A stretch of DNA of 64,000 nucleotides from positions 1,664,001-1,728,000 of the forward strand of contig OY829846.1 of NCBI GenBank assembly GCA_963691875.1. The letters run 5' to 3'. The translations under genes were made by a program, and so were the position numbers. Each line of letters starts with the position of its first letter. Position 1 is the stretch's first letter. Shown here in pieces: positions 20,063 to 30,869 of this stretch. The DNA comes from Aureliella sp. Its GTDB lineage: Bacteria; Planctomycetota; Planctomycetia; Pirellulales; Pirellulaceae. Under the pieces are notes generated by a model. That model had not been told where the DNA came from. It worked only from the letters and a program-made list of their open reading frames with translations, and searched no databases.

Positions 20063-21514
20063 ATGAGTAACTCCCCAGTAATTACACCTGTAGCTCAACC
20101 GGCAGAAGATCGGTTAGGGGCGGTTCAATTCGTCGCTTACGCTTGCGGCATGCTGGTAAACAACTTACAAGCCGCGGCTCTCCCCGCGATGATGGTCGTG
20201 CTCAACCTCGGATTGGGGCTGGATCCAGTTTGGGTCGGCGTCATCGGCTTCGTGCCGCGGATTTTCGACGCGGTTTCCGATCCTTTGATGGGATTCCTTT
20301 CCGATAACACGCGAACGCGTTGGGGGAGAAGAAGGCCATACATTTTTGCGGGCGCGGTCGTTTCCGGCCTAGTTTTTATAGGCATGTGGCAAATGCCACT
20401 TGGGTACTCTAAAGACTTTTACTTTTGGTTCTTCTTGGTTGCGCTGGTTACGTATTTCTTGACCTACACCATCTACGCGACCCCCTTCGTAGCATTCGGC
20501 TACGAAATGACTTCAGACTACCACCAACGGACTTGGCTCCACGCCTTCGCAAACTCGGTAGGACAACTCGCTTGGATCTTTACACCCTGGATCTGGGCGA
20601 TCATGTACCAGTTTGAAAACAAGGTACAGGGAGCCAGCATTCTCGGGATCTGTTTCGGCAGCGCGATTATTTTGCTAGGCATGATCCCCGCAATTTTCTG
20701 CCGAGAGAGAGTGGCCATTGACCAACAACGCTCATCCACCGAGTTGTCCGACATGTATAAGGTCATGGTGGAGTTTTTCCAGAACGTTTTCAAAACGCTC
20801 ACATGCCACCCTTTTGTAAAACTGTGCTTATCAACCTTCTTGGTCTTTAATGGCTACCAGCTTGGTGTTTCGTTTTCACTATACGTGATGATCTATTACA
20901 TCTATGGCGGGCAAGATGGTCCAGCCGGCGAGCTGAATGGCTGGTGGGGATCACTTACCGCCATTTGTACGATCGTGGTAATTCCTGCTACCGCTTTGAT
21001 CTCGCGTTTCATCGGTAAGAAAAAAACGTTCTTAGTAACGATTTCACTTTCGATTGTCGGCTATGCGATCAAATGGATCGGGTACAACCCAGACTACCCC
21101 TACTTGCTTCTGATATCTTGCCCCTTGGTTGCCTTTGGGACGGGCTCACTCTTCACTCTGATGGGCTCGATGATCTCAGATGTTTGCGACTACGACGAGC
21201 TGCAAACAGGTCAAAGACGCGAAGGCGTATTTGGTGCAATCTACTGGTGGATGGTCAAAGTAGGGATGGCTCTCGCGCTGTTGCTAACTGGCTACCTGCT
21301 CAACTATGCCGAATTTATTACTCCTGAGCCAGACGCTACAGAACCAGTGGTTCAATCTGTAAAGACTCTTCTCTTTTTGCGGATCTACGACGTGGTCATT
21401 CCAATTGCAACATCGCTGCTTGCACTGGGAATCATGTCGACTTACGAGATCTCTGAAACGCGAGCAAACGAGATTCGTGACGAGCTCGAAAATCGCCGTG
21501 GAAAACTTAGCTAG
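20063..21514 (+). CDS. MFS glycoside-pentoside-hexuronide family sugar symporter
   Basis: RIFDAVSDPLMGFLSDNTRTRWGRRRPY and DVCDYDELQTGQRREG, with about 12 TM segments. Confidence 0.9.
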   Translation: MSNSPVITPVAQPAEDRLGAVQFVAYACGMLVNNLQAAALPAMMVVLNLGLGLDPVWVGVIGFVPRIFDAVSDPLMGFLSDNTRTRWGRRRPYIFAGAVVSGLVFIGMWQMPLGYSKDFYFWFFLVALVTYFLTYTIYATPFVAFGYEMTSDYHQRTWLHAFANSVGQLAWIFTPWIWAIMYQFENKVQGASILGICFGSAIILLGMIPAIFCRERVAIDQQRSSTELSDMYKVMVEFFQNVFKTLTCHPFVKLCLSTFLVFNGYQLGVSFSLYVMIYYIYGGQDGPAGELNGWWGSLTAICTIVVIPATALISRFIGKKKTFLVTISLSIVGYAIKWIGYNPDYPYLLLISCPLVAFGTGSLFTLMGSMISDVCDYDELQTGQRREGVFGAIYWWMVKVGMALALLLTGYLLNYAEFITPEPDATEPVVQSVKTLLFLRIYDVVIPIATSLLALGIMSTYEISETRANEIRDELENRRGKLS

Positions 21515-21584
21515 ATCCTCGCTGAGCTTTGTTCACTCTAAGCAAATCCAACTCGGAATTCTTTGACTAGGCACACAACAAAAT

Positions 21585-24500
21585 ATGGCTACGGTAGAAA
21601 GTAAAAAGACTGGCGATTACGTCCAATTGGATGGTGAAACATACTTTCGCATCGAAAACAGTCATGCGATGCCAGAATTCTTCATGTCGCTGGTTGGCTC
21701 GAGCGACCACTGGATGTTCGTCTCCAGTAGTGGAGCTGTTACGGCTGGCCGACGGGATCCTGATGCGGCACTGTTCCCCTATTCGGCCGACGATCAACTG
21801 ACCGTCTCACGGCTGGCTGCAGGTCCAATCACTCTAATCCGCGATACCGCTTCAGGAAGTTTATGGGAGCCGTTTCGCGAAGAACAGCCCCAAGATGTAA
21901 CGCGCAACCTCTACAAAACGCCACTTGGGAATAAACTTGTTTTCGAAGAGTTTCACCAGCAACAGCAAATCAGTTTCCGATATCGCTGGACCTTCAGCGG
22001 ACGATTCGGTTTTGTGCGAACCTGCCATATTGAAAACCATAGCCAAATTCCCCGTGACCTCGAGCTACTGGACGGGCTGCAGAACATTTTGCCCTATGGC
22101 GTGAGCAGCGATTTCATGATGCGTTTTAGCAATCTTGCAAACGCCTATAAAAAGAACGAACTGCTGGCAGAGTCGCAGCTTGGCCTTTATTACATGAGTT
22201 CCATTCCCACGGATTGTGCCGAACCGAGTGAAGGACTCAAGACTTCGGTCGCTTGGCAGACCGGATTATCGCCAGATGCGATTTTGCTTTCGACTCAACA
22301 ACTTGGCAAGTTTCGTGCAGGTTCAGTACTCGCTTCGGAGGACGACGTCCGGGGCAAGACCGGAGCTTTCTTGGTACAGCAGCCTGTACATTTGCCGCCG
22401 GGTGCCCCCTTACAATGGCACATTGTCGCCGATGTCGAAAAAGATCACGCCGAAGTTGTAGAGCTGGACGATTTGCTGACTGGTTCCGCAGAACTCAATT
22501 TGGCCATTTCAGAGGATATTGCTACGGGCGAGCGAGCACTCCTCAGGATCGCCTCCTCGGCTGATGCAATCCAATGCACCCGCAATTCACGTCGAACCAA
22601 TCGCCATCTGGCCAATACGATTTTCAACGTCATGCGTGGCGGGATTCCAGTCGCCGACTACACGATCGACGTAGATGATTTTCGTGAGCATGTCTCCAAG
22701 TTCAATATGCGTGTGGCCGCGGATTGCTCTGGACTTCTCGGTCGTTTGGCCCCCGAACTTACTTTTACCGAACTGCAAAGAGAGCTAGCGAAATCACAGA
22801 ATGCAGACCTGATTCGGCTGGGGATGGAGTACTTGCCTCTCGCCTTCAGTCGCCGACACGGCGATCCGACTCGTCCTTGGAATCGTTTTGCAATCGAGTT
22901 GCGAACCGAGTCTGGGCGCACGAATCTGAACTATCAAGGCAACTGGCGGGATATCTTTCAAAACTGGGAAGCACTCGCCGTATCCTTTCCTGAGTTTTCC
23001 ACCGCAATGATCAGCCGTTTTGTTAACGCAACAACCGCTGATGGATACAACCCGTACCGTGTGACCAAAGATGGATTCGAGTGGGAAGAGCCGACACCAG
23101 ATGATCCTTGGGCAAACATTGGATATTGGGGCGATCATCAGATCATCTATCTGCTCAAGCTACTGGAGTGGAACCAAAGGATATCGCCAGATACCCTCAA
23201 CGCTTTGCTCGACTCAAGAGCCTTTGTTCATGCCAATGTGCCTTATCGCATCAAGCCCATTGAGGACATTAAGAAGAATCCACAGTCGACAATCCTGTTT
23301 GACAAAGAGCTTTCTGAATCGATCGCGTCACGCGTCGGAGAACTCGGCAGTGATGGAAAACTGATTACGAATCAGAACGGAGAAATACATCGCATTTCGC
23401 TGTTGGAGAAACTTTTGACCTTATCACTTGCCAAGCTCTCCAACTTCGTTCCTGACGGTGGCATCTGGCTAAACACGCAGCGACCTGAGTGGAATGATGC
23501 GAACAACGCCTTGGTTGGCAACGGTTTATCGATGGTAACCGCTTGCTATTTGTATCGCTGGTTTAGATTCCTGGAAGGCTTGGTCGAAGGGCTTGAGCCA
23601 GAAAGTTTTGAGGTAACTGAAGATCTGCATGCCTTCCTATTACGCGTGTCTGAAGTCTTGTCAGTAAACCTCCCCGATCCAGCGAATAGGCTCAGCCCTG
23701 CGGATCGCGCATTGGTGGTCGAACAACTTGCTGGGGCTGGCAGCGACTACCGCAAGAGGATCTATGACAATCCGCCAAACGGCAACACACAAAAGGTCAC
23801 TCGCGGCGAGTGTCTAGGATTCATCCGAGACGCCCAGATGCATCTTGAAGTGACTATTCGCAATAACCGCCGCCAAGACGGCCTGTACCATTCGTACAAT
23901 TTGTTGCGTCTTTGCGACGACGACGCGGTGCTCGAGCCGCTGTACGAGATGCTTGAGGGGCAAGTAGCGGCGCTGAGCTCTGGGCTACTTGACGCGGAAG
24001 AGGCTGTGTCCTTGTTGGATGCAATGCGAAAAAGCAATTTGTATCGCGAGAACCAAGACAGCTACATGTTGTATCCCGACCGGCAGTTGCCACGATTCAT
24101 GGAGAAGAATCAGATCCCGGCGGAAGTTGTCGAAGGTAGCCAGCTTTTGCAAAAACTGCTTGAGCATAACGAAACGGCAATCTTATGCAGGAACATGCGA
24201 GGCGGTTTTCACTTCAATGGCTCCTTCCGAAACGCTGCAGACTTGAATGCTGCTTTGGATAAGCTGCCTTCGAATTATCGAGATTTGGTAGCTGCTGAAA
24301 GAGCAGCCTTGGCGCAAGCGTTCGAAAAGCTGTTTGCTCATAGACAGTTTACGGGACGTTCTGGTACGTTCTTCGCCTACGAGGGACTTGGTTCCATCTA
24401 CTGGCACATGGTTTCGAAACTTGGTCTGGCCGTTGCCGAAAACTACCTCGCTGCCAGTGACAACGACGTGGACCCAGCGACCGCTTCGGCGCTCAAGGAG

Positions 24501-24995
24501 CACTTCCAGGCGGTAAGACTTGGGGTTGGAGCAGAAAAGACACCATCGCAGTACGGCGGCTTTCCAACAGATCCGTACTCGCACACCCCCGAAAACGCTG
24601 GAGTCAAGCAACCTGGGATGACGGGGCAGGTGAAAGAAGATTTTCTTTCGCGTTTTTCTGAGCTCGGTGTGTCGTACGATGCAGGATGTATTAGCTTCCG
24701 GACGGACCTTCTTGATCTAGCCGAACTGCTTGAGCAAGATGAGCAAATGGAGTTTTTCAATCTAAAGGGAGAGCTCGATGCTTTCACGGTACCAACTGGA
24801 GCCATTGCTTTCACGCTTTGCCAGGTACCCGTGGTCTATCACTCAGGGTCCGCAGATCGGATTGAGCTTCTGCTGAGTGATGGATCAGCTGTTTCTCTAG
24901 CTGGCTGCCGACTGGACAGGGATATGACCTCGAAAGTTTTTTCTCGTGGAGGCGAGATTCAGCGAATCAACTGCTATTTTTCCTCGCTCAGCTAA
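21585..24995 (+). CDS. GH149-like beta-1,3-glucan phosphorylase
   Basis: 1136 aa, no signal peptide. Motifs FSRRHGDPTRPWN, YQGNWRDIFQNWEAL, DGYNPYR, IGYWGDHQIIYL, NTQRPEWNDANNALVG and QPGMTGQVKED. Confidence 0.8.
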   Translation: MATVESKKTGDYVQLDGETYFRIENSHAMPEFFMSLVGSSDHWMFVSSSGAVTAGRRDPDAALFPYSADDQLTVSRLAAGPITLIRDTASGSLWEPFREEQPQDVTRNLYKTPLGNKLVFEEFHQQQQISFRYRWTFSGRFGFVRTCHIENHSQIPRDLELLDGLQNILPYGVSSDFMMRFSNLANAYKKNELLAESQLGLYYMSSIPTDCAEPSEGLKTSVAWQTGLSPDAILLSTQQLGKFRAGSVLASEDDVRGKTGAFLVQQPVHLPPGAPLQWHIVADVEKDHAEVVELDDLLTGSAELNLAISEDIATGERALLRIASSADAIQCTRNSRRTNRHLANTIFNVMRGGIPVADYTIDVDDFREHVSKFNMRVAADCSGLLGRLAPELTFTELQRELAKSQNADLIRLGMEYLPLAFSRRHGDPTRPWNRFAIELRTESGRTNLNYQGNWRDIFQNWEALAVSFPEFSTAMISRFVNATTADGYNPYRVTKDGFEWEEPTPDDPWANIGYWGDHQIIYLLKLLEWNQRISPDTLNALLDSRAFVHANVPYRIKPIEDIKKNPQSTILFDKELSESIASRVGELGSDGKLITNQNGEIHRISLLEKLLTLSLAKLSNFVPDGGIWLNTQRPEWNDANNALVGNGLSMVTACYLYRWFRFLEGLVEGLEPESFEVTEDLHAFLLRVSEVLSVNLPDPANRLSPADRALVVEQLAGAGSDYRKRIYDNPPNGNTQKVTRGECLGFIRDAQMHLEVTIRNNRRQDGLYHSYNLLRLCDDDAVLEPLYEMLEGQVAALSSGLLDAEEAVSLLDAMRKSNLYRENQDSYMLYPDRQLPRFMEKNQIPAEVVEGSQLLQKLLEHNETAILCRNMRGGFHFNGSFRNAADLNAALDKLPSNYRDLVAAERAALAQAFEKLFAHRQFTGRSGTFFAYEGLGSIYWHMVSKLGLAVAENYLAASDNDVDPATASALKEHFQAVRLGVGAEKTPSQYGGFPTDPYSHTPENAGVKQPGMTGQVKEDFLSRFSELGVSYDAGCISFRTDLLDLAELLEQDEQMEFFNLKGELDAFTVPTGAIAFTLCQVPVVYHSGSADRIELLLSDGSAVSLAGCRLDRDMTSKVFSRGGEIQRINCYFSSLS

Positions 24996-25052
24996 TTTCC
25001 AATCAGCAATTCCCCAATTCAAACCTTTGAATATCTCGAGATCAAAGAGCAC

Positions 25053-26858
25053 ATGATGCGAATTCTCAAGCTTGCGAATCTTTTGCTTCTCAGTTGCTTT
25101 GTTGTGCAAATAAGCGAATTGCGGGCGCAATCAAAAGTGACGCTATCGAAGAACGAAGCTGGCTTTCAGCTAGTTCGCAACGGCCAGCCGTTTTCGGTCA
25201 AAGGCGTTGGCTGCGAAGGTTGTTTTGACAACTTGCCTGATGCCGGTGGCAATTCGATTCGCACTTGGGCCTCGCAAAATCTCGGCGAAGTGCTCGACAA
25301 AGCTCATAAGCATGGCCTTACTGTTTGCGCTGGCCTGTGGATGGGGCATCAGAGACACGGCTTCGACTACCAGAACCAAGAGGCCGTATTACAGCAACTT
25401 GATGAAAAGCTGGCCATCGTTCGCAAGCACAAGGACCATCCCGCTCTGTTGCTGTGGGGCGTCGGGAACGAAATGGAAGGCGAAGGCCGCGATCCCTCGG
25501 TTTGGTATGCGGTCAACCACTTGGCACGGGAAATCAAACGCATCGATCCCAACCATCCAACCATGACAGTCATTGCTGAACTGGGGGCGAGCGAATCCAA
25601 GGTTGAGAGCATCGAACGTTTTTGTCCCGATGTAGACATCGTCGGTATCAACGCCTACGGCGGAATTGAATCAGTCGGCAAACGCTTTCGCGAAGCAGGC
25701 GGAACAAAACCTTACATCGTAACTGAGCATGGCCCCCTTGGCCCATGGGAAGTCGGCAAGACCTCTTGGGGTTCGCCGCTTGAGTGGACAAGCACCGAGA
25801 AGGCAGCTTGGTACGCAAAGGGCTATCGCTTGAACGCAGTGGCGAATGCTGACCTATGTCTTGGTACTTACGCTTTTCTGTGGGGCCACAAACAAGAAAC
25901 TTCGGCAACTTGGTTTGGCATGTTGTTGCCTGATGGAACAAAGTTGGGGGCCGTCGATTCATTGAGTCGAATGTGGACCGGCAAGGCACTTGAGAACCTA
26001 TGTCCAGAGATTACGAAGTTGCACGTCAGTCGTGGCACAACCATCAAGCCAGGAGGTAGCTTCGAGGCTACTGTGTCGGCAAGCGACCCTGAGGACGACA
26101 AGCTTCGGTATGTCTGGGTGTTGCGTTCCGATGCAGGGACGATTGGAGAAGGTGGTGACCCTCAGGAGCAGGAATCTCAATTCAAGAATGCGGTTCGTGG
26201 AACTGGAAGCAAAGTAACTGTCACGATGCCCGAAGGTGGTGGCGGTTATCGACTCTTCGCGTATGTATATGACGATCAGGGCGGCGCTGCAGTGGCCAAT
26301 GTCTCTGTGCGCGTCAATGCACCTATCGAGCTCAAGCAGGAGATGGCTGCTTCGAAATTGCCATACGCTGTCTACGGAGAGTCAGAGCAATCGGTTTTCA
26401 TACCGAGCGGATACATGGGGAATGCAGAAGCGATCACGATGGATCTGAATTGTTCCGAGGATCCGTACAGTGGAAAAACATGTCTCAAAGCGTCCTATAA
26501 AGCTGGAGCTTCTTGGGGTGGAGTTCTTTGGCAGTCCCCAGCAGAAGACTGGGACGGCAAGCTACCCGGTGGTGCCAATCTCATGGGAGCCACACACCTG
26601 GAGTTTTGGGCTCGAGGCGATGTGGGCGGCGAAACCGTCAACTTTGTCTTTGGTGTCCTCGACGGGAATCAGCCATATCGCGATACCGCAAAGGGCGAGA
26701 TGAAAGATGTCGTGCTGACGGAGAAATGGAAACTGTACCGTCTCCCACTGGAAAGCCTCGATCTTCGGCAGATCAAAACCGGCTTCGGATGGTCACTTGC
26801 CGGTCAAGGAAAACCCGTCACGTTCTACCTGGACAACATCCGCTATGTCACAGATTAG
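25053..26858 (+). CDS. Secreted clan GH-A glycoside hydrolase (GH158-like endo-beta-1,3-glucanase) with an Ig-like domain and a C-terminal CBM-like domain
   Basis: Signal peptide, GGNSIRTW, WGVGNE (acid/base), VTEHGP (nucleophile), WGHKQETSATWFG, and a C-terminal beta-sandwich (LEFWARG, FYLDNIRY). Confidence 0.75.
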   Translation: MMRILKLANLLLLSCFVVQISELRAQSKVTLSKNEAGFQLVRNGQPFSVKGVGCEGCFDNLPDAGGNSIRTWASQNLGEVLDKAHKHGLTVCAGLWMGHQRHGFDYQNQEAVLQQLDEKLAIVRKHKDHPALLLWGVGNEMEGEGRDPSVWYAVNHLAREIKRIDPNHPTMTVIAELGASESKVESIERFCPDVDIVGINAYGGIESVGKRFREAGGTKPYIVTEHGPLGPWEVGKTSWGSPLEWTSTEKAAWYAKGYRLNAVANADLCLGTYAFLWGHKQETSATWFGMLLPDGTKLGAVDSLSRMWTGKALENLCPEITKLHVSRGTTIKPGGSFEATVSASDPEDDKLRYVWVLRSDAGTIGEGGDPQEQESQFKNAVRGTGSKVTVTMPEGGGGYRLFAYVYDDQGGAAVANVSVRVNAPIELKQEMAASKLPYAVYGESEQSVFIPSGYMGNAEAITMDLNCSEDPYSGKTCLKASYKAGASWGGVLWQSPAEDWDGKLPGGANLMGATHLEFWARGDVGGETVNFVFGVLDGNQPYRDTAKGEMKDVVLTEKWKLYRLPLESLDLRQIKTGFGWSLAGQGKPVTFYLDNIRYVTD

Positions 26859-27301
26859 CGAGGTGAAGAACATAGCTTCAGACCCGAGGGATGGACCACT
26901 GCAGAACACGGTGGCTTCAAACATGAAAACTGACGAGTCCTCCAAAGGCTTTTCACTTCGGATTGCGGCAGCCAGCTTCAAACACATGCGCGATACGAAT
27001 TGACGCGAGCTGTCGTAGCTCTCCACGCTTCGCCCAAACGTCCGGTAAAAGTGTCACTCAAATTTGTCGGAGATGATCGGCTATTCGATGCGCCTTTACC
27101 CGGGTCCAATTTTCAAATGCGATGGTAATTTCGGCGAGTGCGGTAGCATTACCTACCCAAGGCTTTCTCCAGGGTTTTCGGATATTAGTAGACTGAGTAG
27201 TACTTGGTCCTGCTCGAAGACTTGAGTCTACTGAACAAGTCGATTTGTTCTTCTTGCGATAATTGATCCCTGATTATTAGTGCTCTACATCGGAGTCCTC
27301 G

Positions 27302-28765
27302 ATGCTTACCCTGGCCCGACTACCCTGCCTCGGCCTCTTGCTCGGCATGACGTTGATCGTCAACAACGCTTGTCTCGCAGAGAGCAGCAAGCCGAACATC
27401 ATCTACTTAATGCTGGATGAATGGGGCTACTTTGAGTCGGGACACATGGGGCACAGGGAATTGTTGACTCCGAATATCGATGCTTTTGCGCGGCAAGGCA
27501 TGCGTTTCACAAGAGCTTATGCGGGAGCGCCAGTCTGTGGGCCAACTCGTTGCGTTCTGATGACTGGCCTGCACACTGGGCACACTTCGATGCGAGTCAA
27601 CGACGGTGCATCGCCCATTCGTGCAGACGAGCCTACTTTGGCAAGCATGCTTAGCGAGCAAGGATATGCGACCGGCGGTTTTGGCAAGTGGGGTATAGGT
27701 GCTCGTGGGACTTCCGGCGTACCCGAGAAGCATGGCTTTGATGAGTTCTTTGGCTACTACGACCAAGTGCACGCACACACTTTCTATCCCAGGTATTTGA
27801 TTCGAAACAGCCAAGAAGTCGCCCTCCCCGGTAACAAAGGCGAAAGCTTTTATGAAGGTAATACGCACGCGCAGAATGTGATATTCGAAGAGTCCTTGAA
27901 GTTCATTCGCGAGAACAGCGAGCGACCGTTCTTTTGCTATCTGCCTTGGACGCGACCGCATGGCTTGTGGGGCATTGATGAGGGCGATCCTTCTTGGGAG
28001 CTGTTCAAAGACAAGCCCTGGCGAGTGGGCCAAAGGACGGATCGTGACGCACGAGTCTACGGGGCATTCATGCACAAAGTCGATCGCCAATTGGGAGCGA
28101 TTCTGAAACTCCTTCGTGAACTTGAGATTGACGACAACACCCTTGTTTTTCTTTCTGGCGACAACGGAGGGCAGGACTACTTCAAGACGGAAGAGCGGCC
28201 GCATGGCTTTTTCGCCCCGAACTGGAACCCCCAAACAGGCGAGCGATTTCGAGCTGGAAAGGGCTCATTGTACGAAGGTGGTTTGCGTGTTCCGTTCTTG
28301 GTTCGGTGGCCAGGAAAAGTTGACGCCGGCAGCGTTTCTGATCACTTGCTGTGTTTCCAAGACTTGATGCCAACCTTGGCCAAGCTAAGTGGCGCAAGCT
28401 GCCCAAGAACCGATGGGATCTCCTTCGCGCCGACTTTGTTGGGAAAGTCAGGTCAGAAGAATCACGACTACCTCTACTGGGAATACCGGGGGCAACGAGC
28501 AGTACGAAAAGGTAGGTGGAAGGCGTATCAGAACAAGCAGGCGGCTTGGGAGCTATACGATTTATCGAAGGACATCGAAGAACAGGAGGATCTAGCTGAA
28601 AACACGCCACAAGTTGTTGCCGAGCTCACGGAACTAGCTGAAGAAGCTCATGAGGTTCCGCGACTAGGCGTTACTTACGACACCGAGGTTCGAGTAAAGG
28701 ACCACATTGAAGCTCCGCACCCGAGGAATCTGGAACTAAGGAGACAGAGTGCGGCTTCAAAATGA
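27302..28765 (+). CDS. Arylsulfatase (Cys-type)
   Basis: PNIIYLMLD, CGPTR, GKWGIG, GDNG and YEGGLRVPFLVRWPG. Confidence 0.93.
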   Translation: MLTLARLPCLGLLLGMTLIVNNACLAESSKPNIIYLMLDEWGYFESGHMGHRELLTPNIDAFARQGMRFTRAYAGAPVCGPTRCVLMTGLHTGHTSMRVNDGASPIRADEPTLASMLSEQGYATGGFGKWGIGARGTSGVPEKHGFDEFFGYYDQVHAHTFYPRYLIRNSQEVALPGNKGESFYEGNTHAQNVIFEESLKFIRENSERPFFCYLPWTRPHGLWGIDEGDPSWELFKDKPWRVGQRTDRDARVYGAFMHKVDRQLGAILKLLRELEIDDNTLVFLSGDNGGQDYFKTEERPHGFFAPNWNPQTGERFRAGKGSLYEGGLRVPFLVRWPGKVDAGSVSDHLLCFQDLMPTLAKLSGASCPRTDGISFAPTLLGKSGQKNHDYLYWEYRGQRAVRKGRWKAYQNKQAAWELYDLSKDIEEQEDLAENTPQVVAELTELAEEAHEVPRLGVTYDTEVRVKDHIEAPHPRNLELRRQSAASK

Positions 28766-28871
28766 ACTGTAAAGTTACGGTTATCCCGCCTCGTTTCGCC
28801 GGATCAAGAACTCGCAAAAAATCTTTTCTGACAGGGCTAGACGCCAAGTGGGTTATCGAGTCTATTTTTGC

Positions 28872-28945
<74 letters not shown>

Positions 28946-29123
28946 CTCAAACCCTGCGGTCGCATGTAGCTAGTGATGGTGGGGTTTTTTCATGCGTCGG
29001 CAGAGACACTGGACCGCTTATCCCCCAGGTTTTCAAAGGGTTTGCGACGATGGTTGGGTGTGAAGAGTCTCTCCGGTGAAGTCGCGCGCGACCCGGTCTA
29101 TTCACACGCTTGGTCCGCTGACG

Positions 29124-29176
29124 CCCGATTTCTAGCCCAAGCTCTCGGCCCTCTCTCTGTGTCTCAACTCCGCTGG
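29124..29176 (+). repeat. Imperfect direct repeat, copy 1 (copy 2 at 34634-34684)
   Basis: CCCGATTTCTAGCCCAAgCTCTCGGcccTCTCTCTGTgtCTCAACTCCGCTGG. Confidence 0.85.
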
Positions 29177-29586
29177 GTTAACAGGAGTTGCTCTCGCTCT
29201 TTCGGTCCCAGCCTACCGGGGTTGGCCTCGGAGTGGGGAAGATAACGCGAAAGTGCTTCAAGAGAGGATGTGCCGAGAAATCGTACTCAGGTCGACGGCT
29301 TGCTATCCGATTTCCGGGCACCTTTGTAGCACGTGGAAAACGAATTGCCTCGCGTTCATTACCTGCAGAGAACGGCTTGGGGGTGTGATCAAGTCGGATC
29401 GCCGCGCTGCTTCGTCAATTGCAACAGAGCGGGGAAGATACTCCAGCCGCCACCTAAACGACCAGGCTGCCGCTGAACTTCAAAATAGTCAATCCAAATC
29501 TCGAATCGTCAATTGCTTGATCCGGTACGAGTACAACCAGTTGTGAGGGCAATTCTCGCCTGCTCGCGATATGGATGGCATAACCG

Positions 29587-30342
29587 TTAATGACTGTCCG
29601 TCACATATGCTGCTCCAAATGGATCGCTCACGAAGCCCGGGTCGAAGTATCGACTGGCGGGAGGCAGTGGCGGGGAGAGATCGCATTGAACCCTCCACCG
29701 TCCCTCGGTCAAGGTGCCCGCATCAATCCAAGCGAGTTGAATATAGTCCGAGATAAAGCTGGGACAGACCGATGAGTGCGGGTGTCCAGGCCGAATGATC
29801 CAAAAGCGATTTCGGGTTTCATCGAACAGAAAATCGCCACCATTATTGGTCAGATCGGCCTCGCCGTTACGCTGTGTTAGTCCATTCGTTGTAACTTGCT
29901 GTTCTCCGCCGAATTTCGGTTGCTGGGCTTCGCTAAGGTCAACCTCCTGGAAAAACGTCGCTGTTCTTGTTCGATCACCTCGAGTATAAAATAGGGTGAC
30001 TCGACCTCCTCCTTGAGTGCGATTACAGACGGACGGTTGGCCGACTCCCAACGTACCTGGTTCCCTGGAGCGGATGAGCGGATTGCCGCCAACTTTGAAC
30101 CACGGCCCCTCAAGTTTCTGCGATACGGCAACGCCAATCTGATTCGTACCACCATCCTCGATTTCCTTATCGAGCCCTAGGTAGAACAATGCGTATTGAA
30201 ACGTCTCTTCATTTTCAAAATCGGGAGGTCGGTAGCGAAACTCTCCGGCAACGACTGCGGGATCGCAAACGTGTCGGAGGTCACCATCCTGTTCAAGCCA
30301 TCCTCGGCACTTCCAAAAATTGACCGTACCTCCCACATCCAA
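29587..30342 (-). CDS. Beta-propeller glycoside hydrolase-like protein, probably N-terminally truncated
   Basis: HVCDPAVV, YALFYLG, NQIGVAVS...GPWFK, GVGQPSV and LFYTRGD. No convincing start or signal peptide. Confidence 0.55.
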   Translation of the reverse strand: MDVGGTVNFWKCRGWLEQDGDLRHVCDPAVVAGEFRYRPPDFENEETFQYALFYLGLDKEIEDGGTNQIGVAVSQKLEGPWFKVGGNPLIRSREPGTLGVGQPSVCNRTQGGGRVTLFYTRGDRTRTATFFQEVDLSEAQQPKFGGEQQVTTNGLTQRNGEADLTNNGGDFLFDETRNRFWIIRPGHPHSSVCPSFISDYIQLAWIDAGTLTEGRWRVQCDLSPPLPPASRYFDPGFVSDPFGAAYVTDSH

Positions 30343-30869
30343 AATTGACAGAGGTCTAGTGAGCCTAGATTGAAGCTATTCAAAATAAGAAAAACGACGT
30401 GAGCGAAATCGATTCGAAAGCGACTTTTCGTCTTCGACCCGAGCTAGTCTTTTTAGTACACCCACTGATGGCCCCTCTCAGCAACAAACACTCATAGATC
30501 TGCTTACAATGGAACCGACAACAAGAACTTCAGTTGAACACGCGTATTAAATAACAACCGCACAGACTGCCATTGAAACTTAAACCTTCCTGTACGCAGT
30601 AGATCTAACAATACTTCTTAGAAACGATACTGCGAAATCAACCCGGACATTTTGGACAGATGTATGAGATTTGAAAATGTTCTCGTCATTTTCAATCATT
30701 TATCTTTCCCCTCACCCTAAAAAATGTGTATGGGTAGGTGATCTTTTAATCATGAACACATGTCACACACAGTTATCGGCAGACATCGGATGTTCTTTCG
30801 GCCGTAATCAAAAGTTGACATTGAATACCAAGCACTCTTTCGTTCAAATGGTAAAATGAGAGACAACTC

